Shown piece by piece: positions 37,529 through 46,577 of a DNA stretch of 61,155 nucleotides. Each line of letters starts with the position of its first letter. Positions within the stretch are counted from its first letter, which is position 1. A program made the translations under genes and the position numbers. The stretch spans positions 1 through 61,155 of the forward strand of contig JBILEK010000005.1 in NCBI GenBank assembly GCA_044352155.1, in the 5' to 3' direction. This DNA comes from Bdellovibrionia bacterium. GTDB lineage: Bacteria > Bdellovibrionota > UBA1018 > JBILEK01. Below the pieces are notes generated by a model that ran no database searches, was not told the origin of the DNA, and worked only from the letters and a program-made list of their open reading frames with translations.

Positions 37529-39190
37529 TTACTTCACCTTGACTCGAAAGTTTTTCTTAAGATCGCTCGTGCCTTCGGAGGCATCGGTCACAATTTGTGG
37601 AGTCACAAAAATCACGAACTGACCCTTTTTCTTTTTATAGTTCTTAGAGCGCGTCAGCGTGAACAGAGGTCCTGTGGGTCCTTGAAATGAGCCGGGGTTA
37701 GGCTCATCTTTGTTAAAGTTGGTCAAAACGTCTTGTGAGTTCGCTCCTGCAATGGCGGCACTTTCGAATGACTTCACATACAGAGTAGTGTTGACACGAT
37801 GAAGCGCTCTGATCGGCGTCGATCCACTCTGCCCCACTTGACTGCTCTGCTCGATGTCAGCTTTAAGCTCGATATCATCTGACTGTCCTAAGATCGACGG
37901 AGTGACCGCAAGACTGAGTCCAATGTTCACAGGTGCTCCGGCTTGAACCGTGCCGTTTGCTCCTGCGACCACAGTGGGAAACTCGGTTTGATCATTCACT
38001 TTAGCCGGAAGTCCGCTGCGCACTAGCACTGTCGCTGTCTTAAGGACGCGTGCATAGCCTGCTTGTTGAGCGCTTTGTAGCTTCGGGAACAAACTTGAGA
38101 TCGTTGCAGTAAAAGAGGTTCCGCCGCTTGCGCCAGTACTACCTGCTTCAGTCTGACCTACGGTAAGCGAAGGATCTCCCGTAAAACCTGGCTGCCACTT
38201 AAACCCAAAAAGTCGCTGATAATCTTTTGATAGCTCAACAAAGTGAAAAGTCACACGCACCAGCTTGTCCGCTTTGCGCGGAGGAGCTGGATTAATGACA
38301 ATAAACTGTTGGATCAGATCGCGATTGTTTGCAACATCCACTCGCTCATCGGCACCGAGGAGTTTGGTTGAGGACTTCACATCCGGCAGGTGCAGGCTTG
38401 CTACTTTCATCACACGGGTGAACGCACCACGATCGTCCACTGAGCCTTCGAGCCAAATCTGGCTATTCACCACTCGAGTCGTCACATTGGGTGCAAACGT
38501 GGAGATCTCTTTTTTAATGCGGTCAGAGATGATCTTCAGTGAGACGGGAGACATTTGGACCAAATTTAAAACCAGAGCCTCAGGATTTGCCGGGTCCTCG
38601 TAGGGTCGAACCACTGAAAATAGACGTCGATAATCAGCTGGGACATAGACCTCGCCATCAATGACGATTTTTTTACCGACAGAGCGGATCTTGATTCCTT
38701 CAATATCCTTTAAAAGCTCTCGTAACTCCATCGTGAGGCTATCGAGGTTCGTTCCGTTCACGCGGACATGAACAATCAGCTGCAGGACCCCGTCCTCGTC
38801 GCGCACAGTCACGGTCGTCTCACCTACCGAGAGCCCTCGAAAAACAAGCTGTCGGCGCTCTCCGACTTTTACAAGCGTATAGGAGAGAACCTTGGGATTA
38901 CCAACAGACACTCCGTTTGCGGCCAAGCGTGCGTCAAAGTCGAGGTCGATGACACGATCTTCGCCCACATTCACAATCAGGCGCCGACGATCGGCTGAGC
39001 TCTCGGTGTCGTCGCTTGTCAAGCGTGAGCGCTTGCGCTTAGGTGCTGAGGGATTTGCGCTCTGAGTCCCACCTGAGTACTCCATCGGACCCTCAGCAAA
39101 AGATGTCCGCTCAGTTGAGAGCATGAAGACGACAGTCAGCAGCACAACCATCGCGCTGAGCCTAATCTGATCTGTCTTCATTCGCGACAT
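37529..39190 (-). CDS. rcpA: Tad secretin RcpA/CpaC with BON-like domains
   Basis: Signal peptide, pilus-formation N domain (GETTVTV), C-terminal FVIFVTP; position between cpaB and tadA. Confidence 0.8.
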   Translation of the reverse strand: MSRMKTDQIRLSAMVVLLTVVFMLSTERTSFAEGPMEYSGGTQSANPSAPKRKRSRLTSDDTESSADRRRLIVNVGEDRVIDLDFDARLAANGVSVGNPKVLSYTLVKVGERRQLVFRGLSVGETTVTVRDEDGVLQLIVHVRVNGTNLDSLTMELRELLKDIEGIKIRSVGKKIVIDGEVYVPADYRRLFSVVRPYEDPANPEALVLNLVQMSPVSLKIISDRIKKEISTFAPNVTTRVVNSQIWLEGSVDDRGAFTRVMKVASLHLPDVKSSTKLLGADERVDVANNRDLIQQFIVINPAPPRKADKLVRVTFHFVELSKDYQRLFGFKWQPGFTGDPSLTVGQTEAGSTGASGGTSFTATISSLFPKLQSAQQAGYARVLKTATVLVRSGLPAKVNDQTEFPTVVAGANGTVQAGAPVNIGLSLAVTPSILGQSDDIELKADIEQSSQVGQSGSTPIRALHRVNTTLYVKSFESAAIAGANSQDVLTNFNKDEPNPGSFQGPTGPLFTLTRSKNYKKKKGQFVIFVTPQIVTDASEGTSDLKKNFRVKVK

Positions 39191-39198
39191 CCCTGAGA

Positions 39199-40059
39199 CT
39201 ACCTCGTTTGAGCAGGAGCACGCGGCTGAACTGCGCTCGATCCTGCAACTCCCATTAACTCACCCAGCGAAAGCGGCAAAATTGCTGCCCTTTCGGTATC
39301 GTCATTATTTCTCAAAGCAACCGTGATCTGTGCTCCGGCACTCGAAGTAATCAGACCCAAAGCTTGAGCCTGCCTTGGGTCCACTTCAATCGTAATGGAG
39401 TTAAAACCATCGTACTCAATCAGGGAGCGTGAGCGCAGTTTACGTGAGGCCCCTTCTTGCTCCATGACGCGCGCAACGTTGTTGGTCACGTTACGACCTA
39501 CTGCAAGTACGACAACATCTTGAAAAAGCGTTTGGGAGAACGTCCGCATGCGGTCCTGACCTGGGACAAAGGTCACAATCAGATCAACGCGGTCTCCTGG
39601 CTTCAGAAGCTTACCCACCCCACTGAGCTCATTGACTGGAACTGCGATTGCGCGCTTACCGGGCGCCACCTGTGGAGAGAGCCCAGTACGAATACCGGGT
39701 TCAGAGATCTTGTTGAAGGTAATTTGTTCGCCTTGCTTGATTGGAACCATCGCAATCATGCCCGAGATCTCGCGAAAATCCGAAATATAGACCTCACTCT
39801 CCCCTTTGGGTCGACGCTTTTCGTCCTCCACAACTGTAATAGCTGTCGGCTCCTTGAGCTTGCTGGGGATCGTTTTAATGGTCACAATTTTTTCAGTCAG
39901 GGTCTCCATCTCGTTGATATTTTTGAGCGCAACGAGGACTTGAATCTTTGAGCCGTATCGTTTCTGACTTTCATCCTCCACCGTCGAAACGTAGCTCTGC
40001 ATAAAAAACACAGCCAAAAATGCCATGATCGTCGACATCAAAACGACGTTCTTATTCAT
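39199..40059 (-). CDS. cpaB: Flp pilus assembly protein CpaB/RcpC
   Basis: SAF domain, PGKRAIAVPV, LKPGDRVDLI, VVVLAVG, LRNNDD. Confidence 0.9.
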   Translation of the reverse strand: MNKNVVLMSTIMAFLAVFFMQSYVSTVEDESQKRYGSKIQVLVALKNINEMETLTEKIVTIKTIPSKLKEPTAITVVEDEKRRPKGESEVYISDFREISGMIAMVPIKQGEQITFNKISEPGIRTGLSPQVAPGKRAIAVPVNELSGVGKLLKPGDRVDLIVTFVPGQDRMRTFSQTLFQDVVVLAVGRNVTNNVARVMEQEGASRKLRSRSLIEYDGFNSITIEVDPRQAQALGLITSSAGAQITVALRNNDDTERAAILPLSLGELMGVAGSSAVQPRAPAQTR

Positions 40060-40640
40060 TTCGGGCCTCCCCTACAGTAGCTGATATTCGCAGGCATGTT
40101 CTGACTCGGATTGAGAGTCGTATTTAAAGGCATACAAAGAGTTACTGTGTTGCGTACTCGCACAAAGCTCCGCTCGCGAACAATATCGCGCTGCCCTTCG
40201 GCGTCCTCACCCTCTGCGCGGCCTGCGATACCGCGCTCCACAGAGTTTGCCGTGCCATCTTCTTTGAAAGACTCGAAGTATCCGCCTTTACCTGGCTTAA
40301 TCTTAAAAGTCGCCGCATAAAACACTCGTCCGTCACCCCCTGCCCCCTCACGAGGAGCCTCGTTAGAAGCCACAAGTACCGTCTGATGCTCGAGGTTGGG
40401 TTGCGCTGCTCGACGCACGAGATCCGGGTACTCTGCGCTGTTGTAAGTGAGGAAAAGATTTTGAGCGCGTGCGTACTTTTGATTGACGATCGACATCTGA
40501 ATGACTGTGTTGGTACGCACAAGAAACATCGACATCAAAAGAATGACAGGCAAAACGAAAAGAAACTCCACGACTCCCTGGCCACGACAATCCATCTGAA
40601 ATTTTTTAGGCGTAAAACTCACGCCTCTTCTAGCATCCAT
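40056..40640 (-). CDS. TadE-like pseudopilin
   Basis: RG/QGVVEFLFVLP prepilin cleavage motif; start uncertain. Confidence 0.7.
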   Translation of the reverse strand: MDARRGVSFTPKKFQMDCRGQGVVEFLFVLPVILLMSMFLVRTNTVIQMSIVNQKYARAQNLFLTYNSAEYPDLVRRAAQPNLEHQTVLVASNEAPREGAGGDGRVFYAATFKIKPGKGGYFESFKEDGTANSVERGIAGRAEGEDAEGQRDIVRERSFVRVRNTVTLCMPLNTTLNPSQNMPANISYCRGGPK

Positions 40641-41247
40641 TGTCGTAGTACACCTGTTGCGGAGGTGATCCTCCGCGAGTCTTTACTTTCTCCACACATC
40701 CCGCAGGTCCGCTTGCGGCCCACGGCTCTTCTCTGCCTAACCAAGACTCTGACGTTAATTTGACTTTGGACTCTCCAGTTCGCCGAAGGGACATAAACGT
40801 CAGACTCCCCTTAAAGGTGTATCGGACTCCTTGTTGCCAACTTGAATCGCGATTAGGTCGATCTTGCCCTCGGCCGCTGAGCACGGGCCCTGGTCCAAAT
40901 GCAGCTCCAGTGACGTCTGCTTGGTTTAGACTTCCGTCTCCTTGAATAAACATCTTGAATCGATCTTGCCCTCCGCGCTTGAGCATCGTCTTAAGCACTC
41001 GTGCAGCGGCGGCTTCTTGACTTTCAGCTGAGACACGCGCTGGAAGGAGCGCGCGCGCTGACATGAATGTGGCGTACTGGATATAGCTTCCTACCGCTGA
41101 CACCATCGCCACCTGGAGGTAGAAAAGGAAAAAAGTAAACACCAGTGCCAAGACCAGGACGAACTCGATCGTCGATTGGCCGCTCGAGCGCTTGCGCTTA
41201 CTCTTCACGCGGTTTGAAATAAAAGATCCTGAAATTGCCACTCGCAT
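40630..41247 (-). CDS. TadE-like pseudopilin
   Basis: SG/QSTIEFVLVL and ATFMSARA; ends YDNGC; true start 41247 or GTG 41208. Confidence 0.72.
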   Translation of the reverse strand: MRVAISGSFISNRVKSKRKRSSGQSTIEFVLVLALVFTFFLFYLQVAMVSAVGSYIQYATFMSARALLPARVSAESQEAAAARVLKTMLKRGGQDRFKMFIQGDGSLNQADVTGAAFGPGPVLSGRGQDRPNRDSSWQQGVRYTFKGSLTFMSLRRTGESKVKLTSESWLGREEPWAASGPAGCVEKVKTRGGSPPQQVYYDNGC

Positions 41248-41491
41248 CACTAAAAACGCGGGGATGATACTCGTAATCTGCGCCCCGCTGGCGCGTCCTT
41301 GGATCCCCGAACTGATACGCAGCTCCAAAGGTCTGCTCGTATCCGCCAAAAAATTTATCCGGAAGCCCCCAGGCCTTAATCCCGTTGTAGGTTGCATAAA
41401 AAAAACCAACCACGATCGAAACAAGGAGGATGTACTCGATGATCGATTGACCTGATTCATTGCCAAGAAGCTTCTTGCGCTCTAAAACCAT
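41198..41491 (-). CDS. Flp-like minor pilin
   Basis: NESG/QSIIEYILL; GGAGG RBS before ATG 41491. Confidence 0.75.
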   Translation of the reverse strand: MVLERKKLLGNESGQSIIEYILLVSIVVGFFYATYNGIKAWGLPDKFFGGYEQTFGAAYQFGDPRTRQRGADYEYHPRVFSDASGNFRIFYFKPREE

Positions 41492-42027
41492 GCGGGACCT
41501 CCGAGCGCGCGGATCGGGTCTGCTAGAAACTCCCAAACCGCTGCGATCGCAAGCGGTACGCCGTAGGGCATCTTCAGACTACGATCCCAGCCGGGATCGC
41601 GGATCTTCACCGACGAGAGTCCAATCATGAAAGCCTGAAGTTTAAAAACGGTCTCCGGCAAACGCTTTTTCGCAATCAAGATCCCGAGCGCCAGAATCGC
41701 TCCAAGGACGATCGAGAGCAGCGCAGTATCAAACGCGTATTGAGCTCCACCCCACGCGCCAACCGCAATCAAGAACTTAACGTCCCCTGCACCAAGGTAT
41801 CTCAGCGCATACATCCAGACCAGCGCAAGCCCGCCGATGCATGCACCCCAGAGCGCAAACTTTACGCTCAAGCCAAAAACCGTGTGGTAAACCAATCCCG
41901 CAAGAAACAAAGGCGTAGTAAGCCAGTTATAGATCTTTCCTCGCCGTAAATCCGTCCAGATCGCGACACACGACCCAAAGCCGATTGCACACGCACCGAG
42001 GAGCTCAGTTGGCCCAAATGCTGGCAC
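41482..42027 (-). CDS. cpaA: Prepilin peptidase, A24 family (CpaA/TadV)
   Basis: TDLRRGKIYNW, GAGDVK, MPYGVPLA; GGAGG RBS before GTG 42027. Confidence 0.88.
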   Translation of the reverse strand: MPAFGPTELLGACAIGFGSCVAIWTDLRRGKIYNWLTTPLFLAGLVYHTVFGLSVKFALWGACIGGLALVWMYALRYLGAGDVKFLIAVGAWGGAQYAFDTALLSIVLGAILALGILIAKKRLPETVFKLQAFMIGLSSVKIRDPGWDRSLKMPYGVPLAIAAVWEFLADPIRALGGPAWF

Positions 42028-42220
42028 TGTACCTCCCGGTCTTAAGATTTTGCTCCAGGCGCGCACCGAAGCTCAACATGCCTTTATCCAGAGCAGGCAA
42101 AAGACCCCGCAAAACGGTCGTCGCTAAAATCGTGATGATCGCAAGCAGGAGAATATACTCGGTAATAGCCTGGCCGCGCTCGTTCCTGCGCATGCGAAAA
42201 CTCGATTTGAAAACCCCCAT
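42005..42220 (-). CDS. flp: Flp pilin 2
   Basis: NERG/QAITEYILLL. Confidence 0.8.
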   Translation of the reverse strand: MGVFKSSFRMRRNERGQAITEYILLLAIITILATTVLRGLLPALDKGMLSFGARLEQNLKTGRYSASIWAN

Positions 42221-42265
42221 GAATCCCCCGAAAAGATCGGACGAGGGAGCGAAAAGAAGAAAGAA

Positions 42266-42457
42266 CTACTCTGTCTCGTTTAAGACCGTATCGATTCGAC
42301 CACCGATTTTCTCGGTTGCCCCTGTGATCTTATCGCCGATCCCCTTCTTGAATTTCATCGCGATGATGACCACGACACCCAAAATCAAGATGTACTCAGT
42401 CGTCGACTGCCCGTCCTCTTCGCTCCAAAACTCCCGAATTTTTTTGAGAACGTTCAT
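42266..42457 (-). CDS. flp: Flp pilin 1 (likely major pilin)
   Basis: EEDG/QSTTEYILIL, 63 aa, AAGGAG RBS. Confidence 0.88.
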   Translation of the reverse strand: MNVLKKIREFWSEEDGQSTTEYILILGVVVIIAMKFKKGIGDKITGATEKIGGRIDTVLNETE

Positions 42458-42489
42458 AAACCCTTTGCTCCTTCACCCTAGTCCCTCTC

Positions 42490-42518
42490 TTATCGGCCAA
42501 AGAGAGGCCTAACCTTGA
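42490..42518 (-). promoter_or_regulatory. FliA/sigma28-type promoter of the flp operon
   Basis: Minus strand TCAAG-N16-GCCGATAA, with a perfect sigma28 -10 element. Confidence 0.65.
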
Positions 42519-42586
42519 GCATCACCCTACGTGCGACACTCTATCCCACTTCTAATCCTCCATTGCCTGACAAAATCAGTCAAGCT

Positions 42587-43330
42587 TTATAGATCTTCGA
42601 AATGGATCAATAAAAACGAAGCGTTACTTGTAAACTGAAAAGATTGCATAACCGGCGTCACTCGCTCAAGCCAGTACAGAGGGTCCTCTCCCTGCGCGCA
42701 CCAACGACTGACTTCAAGCTCGAATTGAGGGGGAACACCGCAACTCTGAAGCAAAACAACATCGCCACCCAAGATCCGATGCTCAACAATCTCAGGCTGA
42801 AGATCTCTTGAAGTCCCTAAGCTTGCGAGCGGAACACCAGAGTCAGTTTTAGTAAATGGATCCCGCATCCGACCGAGTGTTCGCGGCTCCATGAGTCGGC
42901 GACTTTGATCCGCTCGGAACAAAACCGCAGAGCACGCGCCGACTTGAGCAAGCGCTAGGGTTTGACCTTCGAGAAAACCTGCAATCGCAGAAGCTCCCCC
43001 TCTCTCATGCACATTTTTACCCGAGTTCAACGCATGCACTTGAGTGTTGGCGTAGAGAAAAGCATTAAAAAGAACATTACCCGCGAGCGTGTAGTAACTC
43101 CTGAGCTCAAACGGAAGAGTCGCTTCCGGGTCTCCCGCCTCACGACTGAGGTACTCTGAGAGACTTTCGCACGCCGTACGCGCGGCACCGCGACCTGCAC
43201 TCGGACCACCAAAGCCGTCCGCTAAAGCAAAAATCCCTCGCTCCTGATGAGAGAGACAGTGATCTTCGAGCGCGGGCATCGCTCCTTGATTCGAAAACAC
43301 GACGACGTGATCTGCTTTAACTTTCCCCAT
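42587..43330 (-). CDS. PP2C-fold protein, degenerate active site
   Basis: ED and ADGFGG retained; GDS, SDG and DN motifs appear as GAC, SCG and SN. Confidence 0.72.
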   Translation of the reverse strand: MGKVKADHVVVFSNQGAMPALEDHCLSHQERGIFALADGFGGPSAGRGAARTACESLSEYLSREAGDPEATLPFELRSYYTLAGNVLFNAFLYANTQVHALNSGKNVHERGGASAIAGFLEGQTLALAQVGACSAVLFRADQSRRLMEPRTLGRMRDPFTKTDSGVPLASLGTSRDLQPEIVEHRILGGDVVLLQSCGVPPQFELEVSRWCAQGEDPLYWLERVTPVMQSFQFTSNASFLLIHFEDL

Positions 43331-43332
43331 AT

Positions 43333-45531
43333 CTACTCCGTTTTCTGCTCCAGGGGCTTAAAGCGCGCGAGCTTCCGAGTAGCACTATCGAAGTACTTGC
43401 TTCCTCGCGGGGCCACTTCAAGTACTTCGTTAAATTTTTTCCGCGCAGTTTCAAAATCACTATAACTCTCTGCAACGACTGCCTCGATAAAAATCAGGCG
43501 CGCTTTCTCAGTGAGAGTCCCACGAATCGAGTTCATGCCGGCGACCGCATCCGCATTGCCAGGCTGTACACCAAGCACTCGCTCGAAGGTCTTGTATGCT
43601 TGCGCGAGCTCGCCTGCATTTTCCTGCGCTTTAGCTTCTGCGAGAAGTGGCTCCACTTTTGATCGAATCTCGGCGCGAATCTCATTGATCCGCGCTTGCG
43701 CTTGGCGAGCTGGACGGGGATCAGGAGCTTCAATCTCTTTGACTTTACCAAAGGCGCTCAACGCAGAAAAAAGCTTCCCGCGCTTACGGAGCAGCATCGC
43801 CGACTGATACGCCTCCCAAGCACTTTTGTTGATCTGCGTAATTGCTAGCTCGTTCTCCGCCTTACGGCGCAAATCTCCTTCGTGTTGCTCGATTTCGGTT
43901 TTCCACTTCGCTACTTCTGCGTTTTCAGGATCAATGGACAGGAGCTCCGGAAACATTGCCTGCGCGTCCTCATACTTTTTAGCAAGCATAAGGACGCGAA
44001 CATCCTCGATCAGCTTCTGAACTTTAAGTCGAAGCGCTTCTTCTCGCTCTTGTTTTTGTTTTTCTTCCAACTGAGCTTGTTGCCGCTTAAGAATGCCGTC
44101 GGCATAACGCTTTAACGCACGAGCGTCTTTGTAGTCATCGACTTTAGCGAAAATCTTATCCAGTTCGTAAACAGACTTCTCATACTCTGCACGCTGGTAA
44201 AGATCTTGTCCGAGCTGATACTGCTGACGAACGTACTGTTGATCCTCGGGTGAAAGATTTTCAAAAAGTTTTTTGCCCTCAGCAGGCTTTGCGCTCTGAA
44301 CAGCAGTGGGTTTACGCTTAGGGGGGGGAGGCAGCTCTTCTTCCTCAGTGAGTTCATAGAGGGCAAGAACGAGAAAAATACCCAAAATCACTTGAGTGCG
44401 TTTTGGGAGTTTTCGTACTTTGCCCAACAAAGAGCGGTCCTCAGGAGCTGGAGCGCCTGCAACTCCAAAAGGGATCGCCCCTGTCCCAAACCCTCCCATC
44501 ACAGGCTGCTGGTGCTGAATGTGCGGCAAGAACTCGGAGACCTGCGGGACCGGAAGCAAGGGCGCCTGCTGCTCAGGCGCGGGAGGAGCATCGAGCACAG
44601 GCAACGACTCCTCTGGCTCAGGGACAGACATAAAGCTCTCTGCGTTTGCGCGATACTCCTCGCTCTCGGCAACAAAACTAAACTCCGTATCCCCAATCTG
44701 AATGACGTCACCACCTGAGAGCTCGTGGCTTTCGATTTTTTGTCCGTTCACAAAAACACCGTTCGAAGAGCCCGCATCTTTCAACAAAAAAGTAGAACCC
44801 ACACGCTGGATGATCGCACTCTTGCGAGAGGCTTTTTTATCGGCAAGAACGATGTCGCAGCTCTTACCACGTCCGATGAGGACTTCTTTGGACTTAAACT
44901 CATAGTCTGTGACGTTTGCGCTGCCTGGCGAAAACCGCAGCCGCACCATGAGCTTTGAAATTGTAGTAACGCGCGTGACACCATCCCCCGCAAGATCCAT
45001 CTCCACCTCTGAGGATGAAGGCTGAGGTAAGTCAGATGCACTCGGCCCTAAATCGAGAGAAACATCCGGAGACTCAGGGAGTGCCCCAACTTCCTCTCCC
45101 TTCTCCTGCGACGTATCAGAGAGCTGGGCCTCAAACGAGGGAAGCTCGGGTAAAGCCTCTACCACTTGGGACTCAGCCACTGGCAAGGCCTCGGGCACAA
45201 CTCCGTCCATAGGAGGCGGAGGCGCGATCGCTTTCGGAGCATCGATGCGCAAAACAAATGGGCCGAGCGCAATTGAGTCACCACTTTTTATCAGCGCGCG
45301 GTCGCAGCCCTGACCGTTGACCACGAGAGATCCGAATTTACTCATTTTCTGAATCTCAGGACTTCCATCCACTAAACGCAAAACAGCATGCCGACGCGAG
45401 ATCGCACGATCATCCAGACGAAGAGCACACTCCTCTCCGCGGCCAATCTCAAACTCACTGTCGCTCACTGGCACTTCACGGAGGAGTGCGCCTTCGCGGT
45501 AAATCGAAAGTATCAGAGGGGCAGCGCTCAT
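43333..45531 (-). CDS. Two-FHA, TM and TPR protein
   Basis: IGRG..SRRH and IGRG..SRKS..SSNG FHA domains, Pro/Glu linkers, TM, TPR-like C-terminus. Confidence 0.85.
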   Translation of the reverse strand: MSAAPLILSIYREGALLREVPVSDSEFEIGRGEECALRLDDRAISRRHAVLRLVDGSPEIQKMSKFGSLVVNGQGCDRALIKSGDSIALGPFVLRIDAPKAIAPPPPMDGVVPEALPVAESQVVEALPELPSFEAQLSDTSQEKGEEVGALPESPDVSLDLGPSASDLPQPSSSEVEMDLAGDGVTRVTTISKLMVRLRFSPGSANVTDYEFKSKEVLIGRGKSCDIVLADKKASRKSAIIQRVGSTFLLKDAGSSNGVFVNGQKIESHELSGGDVIQIGDTEFSFVAESEEYRANAESFMSVPEPEESLPVLDAPPAPEQQAPLLPVPQVSEFLPHIQHQQPVMGGFGTGAIPFGVAGAPAPEDRSLLGKVRKLPKRTQVILGIFLVLALYELTEEEELPPPPKRKPTAVQSAKPAEGKKLFENLSPEDQQYVRQQYQLGQDLYQRAEYEKSVYELDKIFAKVDDYKDARALKRYADGILKRQQAQLEEKQKQEREEALRLKVQKLIEDVRVLMLAKKYEDAQAMFPELLSIDPENAEVAKWKTEIEQHEGDLRRKAENELAITQINKSAWEAYQSAMLLRKRGKLFSALSAFGKVKEIEAPDPRPARQAQARINEIRAEIRSKVEPLLAEAKAQENAGELAQAYKTFERVLGVQPGNADAVAGMNSIRGTLTEKARLIFIEAVVAESYSDFETARKKFNEVLEVAPRGSKYFDSATRKLARFKPLEQKTE

Positions 45532-46571
45532 GACTCACCGACCCCTTCTTTTTTCTCGAGCTTTTGGATCTCTTTGAGCTGCTCTTCGGCTTCGATGACT
45601 TTGGGATCTGAGCTTGAGCCAAAATTCATTCGCAAAACAGCTTGATAGACTCCTTTTGCTTCGCGAAGTCTGCCTGCGGCTTTTGCTTTACGACCTCTCT
45701 CCAACAGACGATCCATCTGTTTATCGATCTCTCTTAAAGCGTTATCACGATACGCTAGCGCCAGAGCGTGCCCTTGATTAGTCAGATCTAGCACGGTGTT
45801 GAACTGGGTGATCGCCCGCAGATAGTTCTCTTCTTGATACTCTCGAAACCCCACCCTAAAAAACATGTCGGCTTTCTTTTTGATATCTTCTGGTAGCTCC
45901 ACATTCGAGTACTGTGCAATGGATCGGACAGCAGGGGCGCCCGCACCTGGTTTTCGCTCGGTTCTTTTGACGTTTTGTTGCTCTTCTTCGAAAAGAAAAG
46001 TCGCACCAAGAACGAGTGCGAGCACGATGAGAATCATGCGGCTCCTGGGATTGCCTAACTGAGTCGATGGGACTGAGACATTCACTCCTGGCAGTCCCTG
46101 TGTGCGCACACCACCCACGGTGGTCATCGCACGCAAGCGCTGTTGATGAACTTGTTGATACTGTTGATCGACGAACACTTGAGTGGAAGTTTTTGCAGGT
46201 GCGGTCAAAACCTGCGTACCAGACTCCGCGGACGCGAACTCGAGTGTCGTCTCGCCGATCGAAAAAATTTCTCCAGAGCGCAGAGGGGTGGCCCGGGTCT
46301 CCTGGCCCTGAAATCGGATTCCATTGGCAGAGCCGAGATCGCGCAGCGCCCAAGGACCGCCACTGCTCGTGCGCGAAAGCTCGCAGTGAAGACGCGATGC
46401 CTTGAGATCCGAGATCATGACATCGGAAGTCTCTCCACGCCCAATCGTGACTTTGTTTGCTCCGATCACAAATACGGCTCCAAGATCCGGTCCGGATACA
46501 ACCTTTAAGCGTGCAAGCTCTCCAGGTTGTTTGGGTACTTTGGCCTGCTTGAATCGGATCGCTCCTCTCAT
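45528..46571 (-). CDS. FHA, TM and TPR protein
   Basis: IGRG..ASRLH..DLGSANG, TM, TPR-like helices. Confidence 0.85.
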   Translation of the reverse strand: MRGAIRFKQAKVPKQPGELARLKVVSGPDLGAVFVIGANKVTIGRGETSDVMISDLKASRLHCELSRTSSGGPWALRDLGSANGIRFQGQETRATPLRSGEIFSIGETTLEFASAESGTQVLTAPAKTSTQVFVDQQYQQVHQQRLRAMTTVGGVRTQGLPGVNVSVPSTQLGNPRSRMILIVLALVLGATFLFEEEQQNVKRTERKPGAGAPAVRSIAQYSNVELPEDIKKKADMFFRVGFREYQEENYLRAITQFNTVLDLTNQGHALALAYRDNALREIDKQMDRLLERGRKAKAAGRLREAKGVYQAVLRMNFGSSSDPKVIEAEEQLKEIQKLEKKEGVGES

Positions 46572-46577
46572 GCTGCA

